From: Monocercomonoides exilis PA203
Lineage: Eukaryota; Protista; Preaxostyla
Reading direction: 5' to 3'
DNA: 64,000 nucleotides
Assembly: GCA_001643675.2 (NCBI GenBank)
Contig: LSRY02000011.1
Location: 1,116,001-1,180,000, forward strand
Part shown: one piece after another, positions 36,354 to 46,751 of the stretch
Numbering within the stretch: the first letter of the stretch is position 1
How the letters are laid out: each line of letters opens with the position of its first letter
The notes under the pieces: model-generated
What the model saw: only the letters and a program-made list of their open reading frames with translations
What the model was told of the DNA's origin: nothing
Databases searched by the model: none
Position numbers and translations under genes: made by a program

Positions 36354-37376
36354 ATGAGCACAGAAAAAATTATTCCAGTTGTCCTTCTTTGTGCACTTCC
36401 AGCAAGCGGGAAAAGCGAATCAAGAGCGTTTTTGCGTTCACTTCCTGTGGAAAAGTCACGTGCCGAGTTCAAAATTGGTTTCCCCACTATTCAGCTTGAT
36501 GACTATCCTTATGTAGAAATGATGAAATTCTTTGATGCTGAGTTGGAGAAGCAAGGCCAGACAAGACCTTTTTATTACAGCGAGCTTTACACCTTCAAGA
36601 ATCCATATGTTTGGGGTGTTCTTGTTGAAATGTTGAATGAAGATTATCATGACGTTATTAACAAGCGTACAATCGAGACAACTACTCCAACAAAATGGAT
36701 GCTCGAACGTCTTGATCGTATTTCTGCTTCAAGAGGATTACCAAAGCCTTTCGAAAACTATTCCGCTGATGTTATCGCCAAGCTCTGTGCTCGCTTTGAT
36801 GATCATTGTGGCCGTTATCTCAAGGAGAAGAATGACTATGCAAAGTCATACTCACCAGAACGCACAATCATCATAGAATTTGCACGTGGTGGAGGATGTG
36901 GTGCTGAGCGGTATCCTGACTTCTTCCCACTTCCAGAGCCTTTTGGTTATCAGTACTCTCTCAAACAATTTTGCCCGGAAATTCTTTCTGTGTGTGCAAT
37001 GTTATATATTTACGTAACTCCTGCCCAAAGCTTTGAGAAGAATTTGTCTCGTGCTCCTCCTGTTGGGTGGACTGGATCGACTGATATCTTCCATTGCGTC
37101 CCAGATGTTGTTATGCACTGTGATTATGGCTGCGATGATTTTATGTATTTGCTCAAGCAAAGCGATAAGGACAACACACTTAAAGTTCCAGGAAAAGACG
37201 GAAAGACTTATTACATTCCGGCTGGTATTTTCGACAACAGAGAAGATCTGACAACATTCTGCAGAGGAGATGTGTCAACATGGCCAAAGGATAGCGTAGA
37301 AAAAATATATGCCGCAATGACAAAAGCTTTTCAGGGTCTTCTGCAGCAATATAAAGTTATTCATCCAGAAATGTAA
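36354..37376 (+). CDS. Intronless P-loop NTPase/kinase-fold hypothetical protein (340 aa)
   Basis: N-terminal hydrophobic strand plus Walker A-like VVLLCALPASGKSE; DDYPY; Walker-B-like TIIIEFARGG; MLYIYV..S..KN..R lid-like segment; globular composition. Confidence 0.7.
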   Translation: MSTEKIIPVVLLCALPASGKSESRAFLRSLPVEKSRAEFKIGFPTIQLDDYPYVEMMKFFDAELEKQGQTRPFYYSELYTFKNPYVWGVLVEMLNEDYHDVINKRTIETTTPTKWMLERLDRISASRGLPKPFENYSADVIAKLCARFDDHCGRYLKEKNDYAKSYSPERTIIIEFARGGGCGAERYPDFFPLPEPFGYQYSLKQFCPEILSVCAMLYIYVTPAQSFEKNLSRAPPVGWTGSTDIFHCVPDVVMHCDYGCDDFMYLLKQSDKDNTLKVPGKDGKTYYIPAGIFDNREDLTTFCRGDVSTWPKDSVEKIYAAMTKAFQGLLQQYKVIHPEM

Positions 37377-37935
37377 TTGCTCTCAGCATTGTTAAGAGTG
37401 AATTTAATCATTTGCCCATTTATTTCTTACAATAAAAATAAGTGCACTTACCGGTTTTGTTTGTATGTTTTTTATGATATATGTAAGAGCGTTTATCCTG
37501 TCAATGCTTTGTTTTCACCTTTGCATAAACTTTTTATACATATTAAAACAATCATCAGATGATTTCAAAGTTGGGTGCTTGGGTGAAATATTTTTTTAAA
37601 TTTTTTTTAGAAAAAAAACCACAATCTACTTCAAACTTTTTTTTGCTTTCAAATCATAGAGTCAGACATTATTTTTAAAAAATATATTGAAAATTATTAA
37701 AAATTGAGAAAACATTTCGAAAATAATGTGTGAAAAATAGTTTTAAAATCAAAATACTTAGTTAAATACTTTCGACAACCCCCACAATTTTTTAAAAATT
37801 TTCCGATTAGAATAAAGTGATTTGATCTTCATTTTGAAGAAAATGTAATTTGTATTTCTTTTTATTTGATCAAAGCCATTATTTCAATAATAAATCATTC
37901 TCCAAAGAGAATTATTTTTTAAGAAAGAAATCAAA

Positions 37936-38157
37936 ATGCCTTTAAGTTTTGGCCATGAAGAATGGATACGTTCTGGAAGTGATATTGACAATGAAATAAG
38001 TCTTATCAGAAGCAGATCCAGAGGCGGAGATCACTATCCTCAAGGAGTTGAATTCTGCATTCAGTTTTTGCAAAGAATGAAATCGGAAGGAAAAACCATC
38101 AAAATTATTGCAGACAAGACCATTCCAAAATGGACATGGCACGTTGCTCCAGCATAA
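37936..38157 (+). CDS. Microprotein type A (73 aa), unknown family, copy 1
   Basis: ATG-TAA ORF; 42/64 aa identical to paralog B, many differences conservative or synonymous, indicating coding selection. Confidence 0.75.
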   Translation: MPLSFGHEEWIRSGSDIDNEISLIRSRSRGGDHYPQGVEFCIQFLQRMKSEGKTIKIIADKTIPKWTWHVAPA

Positions 38158-38736
38158 ACAATCCAATGTTTTCTGTATTGTGTATATCCAGATTTATTAG
38201 ATCGCTCCGCTTTTTATTTTTTCCCACGCTTCTTGAAGGTTTTTCTCCAGTTTTTAATTTTTGAAAATAGTTTTTGGCCAATATTTTTAAAAAAACATTG
38301 TTTTGAAACTACGGTAAAATCTATGTTTCTTTAATATGAAAATGAACTTTTAAGAATATTATTTATTTAATTATTATTTCAACATGAAAAATGTGCAATG
38401 GCAAAATGTTCCTTTAACGTGAAATTGTGATTACGAGGGAACAAAAAAGTGAGATGATTGAATCTTGAAAATTTGAAATTCAATCATTGGCCACTTTTGG
38501 AATAGAATTTTTTATTACGAAATTGTCTGTGTGAAAATTGGATTTTTAGATAGCCAATTAATACAATGTTTTGGAAGTGACATAAATTTAAAAACAACTA
38601 CAAAATTTTTATATATCTTTCCGACTAAATGCATTGAAATATTTTTTTTTAAAAAAAAATAAAGGATTAAAAAACTTGTGCAATACACACATATATATAT
38701 TCGAGATTCACGGCAGTTTTAGCAACACTATCATAT

Positions 38737-39006
38737 TTATGCCGCTTCGAAGAACCAAGTCCATTTTGGAAATGTTTTCCTTGTAATAATTTTTACGGGA
38801 AAATTTTGTGCTTTCATTTGATGCAAAAATCTTATGCAATTATCGACTCCTTGAGGATAGTGATCTCCGCCTTTGGATCTGCTTCTTACAAGATCAATTT
38901 CATTATCAATGTCATTTCCAGAACGTATCCATGTTTGGTCGCCAGTAATATGGCGAAGAAACAAACCTAACCCAACTCTTGCTAAGAATACTGCAACATT
39001 AGCCAT
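38737..39006 (-). CDS. Microprotein type B (89 aa from MANVAV), unknown family, copy 1
   Basis: Paralog of A sharing WIRSGxDIDNEI, GGDHYPQGV, PKWTW; extra amphipathic N-terminus. Alternative upstream ATG at 39057. Confidence 0.75.
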   Translation of the reverse strand: MANVAVFLARVGLGLFLRHITGDQTWIRSGNDIDNEIDLVRSRSKGGDHYPQGVDNCIRFLHQMKAQNFPVKIITRKTFPKWTWFFEAA

Positions 39007-39560
39007 GATGTTGTAATAAAATTTTGTGATTAGATTAATTGCTAATCCATAATACATATATTTTAATAAATAAAAAATGGGGATTCAATATGATTTCGCG
39101 ATTTTAAAATTGAATACATTTTTGTGGAGCACAGATGTTAATTCGTTATTTTATTTAAATGGATGATTGCTTTTGAATCAATATATTTTCTCTCAAAAAA
39201 TTCTGTTAGAGAACATTCATAAAATATTGATGAGTAAACTCTGATTAGTTATAACAACATTTATTGTTTTTTTTCGTAATTGAAATCTCAAAAATCTTCA
39301 TTTCAAACAATTTTCTTATATATATATATATAATCCATCTCCAAAATTATAAAACCTAAGAAAAATCAACAATCATGTTGATATATTGATTCAAAAGCAA
39401 TCATCCATTTAAATAAAATAACGAATTAACATTTGTGCTCCACAAAAATGTATTCAATTTTAAAATCGCGAAATCATATTGAATCCCCATTTTTTATTTA
39501 TTAAAATATATGTATTATGGATTAGCAATTAATCTAATCACAAAATTTTATTACAACATC

Positions 39561-39830
39561 ATGGCTAATGTTGCAGTATTCTTAGCAAGAGTTGGGTTAG
39601 GTTTGTTTCTTCGCCATATTACTGGCGACCAAACATGGATACGTTCTGGAAATGACATTGATAATGAAATTGATCTTGTAAGAAGCAGATCCAAAGGCGG
39701 AGATCACTATCCTCAAGGAGTCGATAATTGCATAAGATTTTTGCATCAAATGAAAGCACAAAATTTTCCCGTAAAAATTATTACAAGGAAAACATTTCCA
39801 AAATGGACTTGGTTCTTCGAAGCGGCATAA
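39561..39830 (+). CDS. Microprotein type B, copy 2 (palindrome mirror)
   Basis: Identical translation to 38737-39006. Confidence 0.75.
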   Translation: MANVAVFLARVGLGLFLRHITGDQTWIRSGNDIDNEIDLVRSRSKGGDHYPQGVDNCIRFLHQMKAQNFPVKIITRKTFPKWTWFFEAA

Positions 39831-40409
39831 ATATGATAGTGTTGCTAAAACTGCCGTGAATCTCGAATATATATATGTGTGTATTGCACAAGTTTTTTAA
39901 TCCTTTATTTTTTTTTAAAAAAAAATATTTCAATGCATTTAGTCGGAAAGATATATAAAAATTTTGTAGTTGTTTTTAAATTTATGTCACTTCCAAAACA
40001 TTGTATTAATTGGCTATCTAAAAATCCAATTTTCACACAGACAATTTCGTAATAAAAAATTCTATTCCAAAAGTGGCCAATGATTGAATTTCAAATTTTC
40101 AAGATTCAATCATCTCACTTTTTTGTTCCCTCGTAATCACAATTTCACGTTAAAGGAACATTTTGCCATTGCACATTTTTCATGTTGAAATAATAATTAA
40201 ATAAATAATATTCTTAAAAGTTCATTTTCATATTAAAGAAACATAGATTTTACCGTAGTTTCAAAACAATGTTTTTTTAAAAATATTGGCCAAAAACTAT
40301 TTTCAAAAATTAAAAACTGGAGAAAAACCTTCAAGAAGCGTGGGAAAAAATAAAAAGCGGAGCGATCTAATAAATCTGGATATACACAATACAGAAAACA
40401 TTGGATTGT

Positions 40410-40631
40410 TTATGCTGGAGCAACGTGCCATGTCCATTTTGGAATGGTCTTGTCTGCAATAATTTTGATGGTTTTTCCTTCCGATTTCATTCTTTGCAAA
40501 AACTGAATGCAGAATTCAACTCCTTGAGGATAGTGATCTCCGCCTCTGGATCTGCTTCTGATAAGACTTATTTCATTGTCAATATCACTTCCAGAACGTA
40601 TCCATTCTTCATGGCCAAAACTTAAAGGCAT
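40410..40631 (-). CDS. Microprotein type A, copy 2 (palindrome mirror)
   Basis: Identical translation to 37936-38157. Confidence 0.75.
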   Translation of the reverse strand: MPLSFGHEEWIRSGSDIDNEISLIRSRSRGGDHYPQGVEFCIQFLQRMKSEGKTIKIIADKTIPKWTWHVAPA

Positions 40632-41332
40632 TTTGATTTCTTTCTTAAAAAATAATTCTCTTTGGAGAATGATTTATTATTGAAATAATGGCTTTGATCA
40701 AATAAAAAGAAATACAAATTACACAACAATAAATAATAAAAAAAAAAATTTATTTAAGTCTCATTGCACTGGTTTTTGCAATGGTTAAAAAATTTGTCAA
40801 TAATTTTGAATGTTTCAGTTTTTTATTTAGATAATATTGATGTTGATTGATTCCCTTCTGGAAGTATGATCACAATTTGTGTTGATTTTTATTTTCAAAT
40901 TGCAAGTATTATTCTCAAAATATTTATTTATTTATTCATTCATTCATATTTATTTTTCTTCGATTTCTTTTAACAAAGTTGAAAAATCATTGCTTTAACT
41001 TTTTTGAATTCTGCATTCAACATCAATTCTCGTTCAAAGTATTGAAAAACAAAATATTTGGTTATTCAAATTTATTTGTTTTGTTTGCTAATTTCAAATA
41101 TTGAAGTGAAATATTAATTTTTTATTAAAGAAATGATAATGCAGAAAAAAGTAAAAGTTAAATATCTATTTGATAAAATATAATAATAATATTCCTTAGG
41201 AAACAAATAAACGCGCTTATGAAATTTTTTTATAACATATCTACAAAAATATCCTTTCAAAAACTGTTGACCAGAAAAATCTAATCAAAAACAATGAATG
41301 AATTAAAATCACACTTTTCAATGAAAATATTG

Positions 41333-41591
41333 GTGATTATTTTTGAAACCATATATATTTGTACAAAAATATCGGTTTGACTATTTTGTTTTGAATCTTT
41401 GTTAATGAACACAGAAAAGTGACAACTCCAATTTTTGAAAATCGCAACTGAATTTTTTCATCAACAATTGGACTTAAAAACAATTGATTAACATTTTATA
41501 TTAGATTGTTTTTTATTAGGCTAATGATATTGAATTTACATAATAATCAACACCACGATAATAGTAATGGTTTCAAAAATTATCACACATA
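41333..41591. repeat. Degenerate inverted-repeat element related to the 7.1-7.6 kb fold-back
   Basis: 41333-41352 vs 41567-41586 inverted, 19/20 match; reverse complement of 41542-41591 matches 7561-7610 at 39/50. Confidence 0.55.
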
Positions 41592-42292
41592 TGACAAAAA
41601 AAAAAACAGTTCATAAGAAAACTCAACTTATCGAGCAGTTAAAAAAACAGTGAAAATATTCATAGTGTTTTTTAAAAATCATTTCAATCAAAAAAGCAAC
41701 TTCATCATTTTCGGACTTTTTCACACTGACGAGCAAAATTCATAAGATGATATATAACAAACTGTTATGTGAATAACATATTAAAATATTAATAAGAACA
41801 AACTGTTTATTTACAGAAAATAAAACGAAATTTATACTTGTTTGATCTAAATTTGTTATTTTTATTTTTATTTCTTGATCGAAATAAGATTGACTCTGTA
41901 AATTCTTATTTGTTGGACAATATAACAATAGATTAATTCAATTTTATTGTTTGTTTTAAATTGCAATTGGTCTTTTGACGGAAAAAATCAGAAACAGGTC
42001 TGTTGTTTTCAAATTCGAATAATATTTTTGGGTATTTTTTTCTAATAAAATAACGTTTGAATAGAAATTGTTGTAAACTTTTTTGGAAAACGATAATATT
42101 GAGTTTTTATAAATACAAAATTCAATCATCTCACATTTAATTTGCAAATAAACAAGAAAGCAATAATGTTTCAAATAAAAAATTATTATTTGTTTTCTTA
42201 TTCAATTATCGCATCGCGTTAAATAAAAGGCTTGCCTTCTTCTAAAAACGAATAATTTCAATTTTTAAACAACAATAAATCATATCATTCAG

Positions 42293-43418
42293 TCAACCGC
42301 CAATATTTTCAGCTGATCTTTCAGCTTGATCACTATCCATTTCAATACGAGAATTCTCTTCGTCTTCCTCTTTTTTTACTTTTGTTGTCTGCTCATTTTC
42401 TTTATCATTCTTAGCATGAGCCGAATTCTGTGTTTTCATACTTCGTTGAATTTCCACTTTCATTCGTTTAACAAGATCTCTTGTTCTCTGAGGAAGAGAA
42501 GCAACTTCTTCATCTGTCACTTCATTTCTTTCCTCCTTAACAAAAAGCGGCAATGCATCAAGCTTTTTGCGAGTATGTGTTTCCATTTTATTTGCTAGGC
42601 TGTAGAGCGGATGAGTTTTGGGATTATATTTTCTGCAATTTTCCCACACAAGAGTGATATCATTTGTTATCTCCTCAAAATGCTTATATTCTCCTTTTTC
42701 AATCTGAACTCTGATTGTCCCCAGATCTCTTGGATTTTCGACAATATCAAAATAATTTTTTGCACCACTTCGAACTGGATCAACTGGAGCGGAGAATGGC
42801 GTTGTGTTTGGGTTACTTAATAGTTCTCTGACAAAGTGCGCCATAAAACGTTGCCACAAAGGTAGCTCCGGAATAATATACGAACGGAACCGTTTAATTG
42901 GGTAATATTCTTCAATTTACATTTAAATAACAAGTCATTTACATTCAAAACTAAACGCACACCATCAAGTGATTCTTCAGATTGATCTTGATTTTGATCG
43001 GTTTCTTCATTTCCATCAAGTGTGGACTTGCTTTCTGCTTTAAGTTGCCTTTGATGCCTTGTACGCTTTCCGGATTCTTTCTATTTTTGAATTTCGAATG
43101 GTACAAGCATGCACAAAGAAATAAATATTTCAAAGAAAATTCAAATATTAGAGTTGATATGCAAACTGAATCAACTCGAGATTCCAGCTGTATCTCTTGA
43201 TCCTATAAAAGTTCAAAAAAAGTGCATATAAAGATTGATGAAATATAAAAAATTACTATTGATATTAAATGATTATTAACTTTTTTATTGAATTTATTAT
43301 CTAAATTACGAAATTGTTCCTCAACAATCCAAGAATAAATATCTATACAACGTTGAAAATATTCAAGTTTTTTCTCAATAACATCATCAGAAGGAACTTC
43401 ATTTTCTGATTCTTCCAT
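42293..43418 (-). CDS. Bromodomain-containing protein, multi-exon
   Basis: PFSAPVDP..NYFDIVENPRDLGTI..Y..DITLVWENCRKYN with the conserved Asn; upstream exons from ATG 43418 (MEESENEVP) are inferred. Confidence 0.85.
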
Positions 43419-43895
43419 TTTTATAATATTAATGTTACAAAAAGATCAAAAATGAGAAATGAAATGATTTATTGAACACAAAATTTTGCATTTAAAATTT
43501 CTTTCTGGAAACTTTGAAAAGAAAAAAGAGTTGTCAAGTGTTTGTAGCAACCAAAAATAATAAATGTAGGAAATACAATTTTTTATACATAAGAATATAA
43601 TTGTTGAATAAGATAAAAGATTAATTATTGAAACACGAATAATGAATGTTGAAGCATTACAAAGCAAAAATACAACTTCAATTCGTGAGGTCGAATCAAG
43701 ACAAGAAACTCCTTGGAAAGAGATCAAAGATTCAAATGCATCTCAAGATCCTATCATTTCTTGAACTATTGATTTGCAACTCAATTTAGTATTTGGATCT
43801 TTGACGCATGACGAGCAGATTCTGTAAATATTCTAACTTTAATGCCAATAAAATAACTGAAGTTTCAATCAATCAATCATTCATTCATTCAATTA

Positions 43896-46719
43896 TCAAC
43901 CATAATCCCCACGAAATAATGAAGAAGACAAATTCCGCTGCTCAGTTACGTTCAAATTCGCTGAGTCATTTTCCGTGGCGGTTTTCATCCCCGCAGCAAT
44001 CATTGCATCATGAAGCTCTCTTTCTAACATGCTCCTCATCTTTTTCTCTTCCTTGGCTCTGTGATGCAGAAGTTTGTGTGTGTTTTCTTCTTTCTTCTCC
44101 TCTTCTTTGGCTTCCTTTCGGATTCTCCGTATTTTCAGCACTTCTTTTTCTTTCTCCGCGCACTCATCTGCCGGAAGCAGCTCCTTTTCCAGCTCTGCCA
44201 AAAGCATCTTTTCTCTGTCTTCTCCAAAACAGCCAGCTTCATTTCCTTCGCACTCTTCATTTGCCGCCCCTTTCATTTCCTCTTTCTGCTTCTTCTCTTC
44301 TTTTTTCAGCTGCTTTCTCATCTGCTCGTGCTGCTGGATGAGCCTCGCCTCTTCCGGATGTGCGTCCCTCCACGCCTTCCGCCTCTCTGCCTCTTCCGCC
44401 TTCATCCTCGCTGTCTCTTCTTCTTTCTCTCTCAAATTCTGCAGCAGCCGCTGCGCCTCTTTCACCCGCCCCATCGCAATCACCCGGGCTTCTTCGATTT
44501 TCTCCGCTTCTTCTTTCTCTTTGGCTGCTCTTTCTTCGTCCAATCTGCGCTTCTGTTCTTCTTTCGCTGCTTTGCTCGTTTCGTCGTTGGCGTCTTGCCT
44601 CGCTTTCTCTTCTTGCTGCTTTCTTTTCTCTCGTTCTTGTTCTGTTTGCTTAAGAATCTCTACAATTTGCGCTTTTCTTTCCTTCTCTTCTCTTCTCTTC
44701 TTCTCTTTTTGGCTCAAATTTTCATTGAATTTTTCAGCTTCTTTTGCTTTTTTGCCTTCTTGTTTTGCTTCTTTTTCTCTCACTTCTTTCGGATCTGACT
44801 TAGCAATGCTGTCATTCTCCTTATTCTTTTCTTCTTTTCTCTCATTTTTGCTAGTCTTTGCCTTTGATGCACTGCTGTTTTCAGGACTGCCTGGAACTAA
44901 TTGCTTTCCTGTTTTCGGAGAAACATCTGACGCGTTTTGAAGTTTTGTTCTGTTTTCTTCTTTGCTTTTTGTTTTTATCGTTGGATCTTTTTCTTCAGCC
45001 CCTCCTTTACTCGAATCGTTCATCTCTTTGGCTTTGAGTTGATTGGCTTTTTCTTCCTCTAAAACTTGCTTCTGCTTCTTCCTTTCATTTTTCTCTTTCT
45101 CTTTCTCTTTCTCTTTCTCTTTCTCCTTCTTTTCTCTCTCTTCTCTTTCCGCCCTTTCCTTCCTTTCTTGCTCCATCTTCCTTATCCTCTCTTTCTCTCT
45201 TCTTTCTGCTTCCTCTTTCTCTCTTTTCATTCTCTGCCTCAGCTCCTCCTCTTCCTGCTCCATCAGCCTCCTCTCTTTCTCTCTCCTCTCTTCTTTCTCT
45301 CTCTCTTCTTTCAGTTTCGCCTCTCTCTGCCTCTCTTCATCCTGCCATTTTTTGAACTCTGCTTTCTTCTTCATCCGCTCTGCCTTCGTCTGCATTTGCG
45401 TCTGCATCTTCCGGTCAAATCCGTATTCATCATCGTCCTCTTCTTCCTCATCCTCATCCTCTTCTTCTCTATCTGAATATTTCCCCTCGCTTTCATTTCC
45501 TTCATCTTCATTCGCTCCTTCTCTGCTGCCTCTTTCTCTGTTGCTCCTCCGAATGCTGCTTTCAAGTGCTTCCCTTTCAGCCATCTTCTTTTTCCTCTCT
45601 TCCATCTCTTTCTTCTTTCTCGCTTCTTCTTTCTTTCGCCTTGCCTCTTCTTCCTTTCGAAGTGTCTCCATCATTTTCTCTTTCTCTTTTCTTTCTCTTT
45701 CTTCTCTTTCCATTTTCTCTTCTCTTTCTCTAATTCTTTTTAATCTTGCTTCTTCATATTGCCTTTCTTTCTCCTCTTTCTCTTTCTCTCTCTTCCTCTT
45801 CTCCTTTTCCTGAAGCAGCCTTTCTTCTTCCTCTTTCTTTTCCTTCGCCTTTCGAAACGCTTCTGCTTTCTCCTTCAACTCGATGATGTACAGTTCTCTT
45901 TCTTCTTTCTTCCTTTCTTCCTCTTCTTGTCTCCTCTTCTTCTCCTCCGCATCTCTCTTTTCCTGTTCCCGCTTCATTTTTTCTTCTCTTTCTCTTCTTT
46001 CTCTTTTGATTCGATCTCTTCTTTCTTTCCTTCTCCTTTCTTCCTCCTCTTTCTTTCTTCTCTCTTCCTCTTCTCTCCGCTTCCTCTCTTCTTTTTTCCT
46101 CCTCTCCTCTTCTTTCCTCTTCCTCTCCATTTCTGCCTCTTCTCTTTCGCGCTTCGTAATAATCTTCCGCTGCCCAAATCTGCTCCGCGTCGGAGAAACT
46201 CCAAACTGCATCGGAGAAATTATCTGTGCATCCACATGCGCTCCTTCTCTTTCTGCTGTGCGACCTTCTTTTGGTTCGTGTTTTTCTTTAATGGCAGCCA
46301 GAGTAGTTTCTTGTTCACTCATCATCGACTCGTCTTTCTTCAGTCGCTGGATCATCCGGTCCAATGCACGATCCCACACGTCTTCGCGAACAGAGGATGC
46401 CCAATCTGAGAAAGTAACATTGATTAAAGAATTTACATTCAGAAATGTCATTTCCATTTAATAAGTGTTTATGAAAAAGAAAATGGAATAAAAAAGAATA
46501 AAAATCAAAAATGAAATAATCAAACAATAAATACAGAGAATAATTGAAGATGGCAACAAACTTGTTTGCGCTGGACGCTGCGCTGCTCTCAGGCGATTTC
46601 TCGACTGCTGATTCAAAGTGCTTTGACGAGTGTTTCTCCGGCCAGTCGCATTCATTGATCGATCTGGTGAACTTGACGATGAATAAACAGAAGTAACAGA
46701 AGCAACTGAAGAAGAAGAG

Positions 46720-46751
<32 letters not shown>

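Larger units (their letters stand above)
37844..40723. repeat. Near-perfect large inverted repeat: arms 37844-39186 and 39381-40723 (1343 bp), 194-bp spacer
   Basis: Paired positions at the ends and ORF boundaries all sum to 78567; mirrored ORFs translate identically; only one mismatch noticed (39134 vs 39433). Confidence 0.97.

Noticed and set aside
37942-38166. 74-aa antisense ORF (and its mirror 40401-40625) as an overlapping gene
   Set aside because: Non-ATG start, shadow of microprotein A, and no counterpart ORF called opposite paralog B.
37844-40723. Palindrome as a TIR transposon
   Set aside because: No transposase, no evident target-site duplication, and the arms themselves carry the genes; kept as an inverted duplication.
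44061-46461. Long Phe/Ser/Leu-rich plus-strand ORFs that look like membrane proteins (similar shadows at 12.5-14.6 kb and 25.5-26.0 kb)
   Set aside because: Antisense shadows of purine-rich coding sequence.
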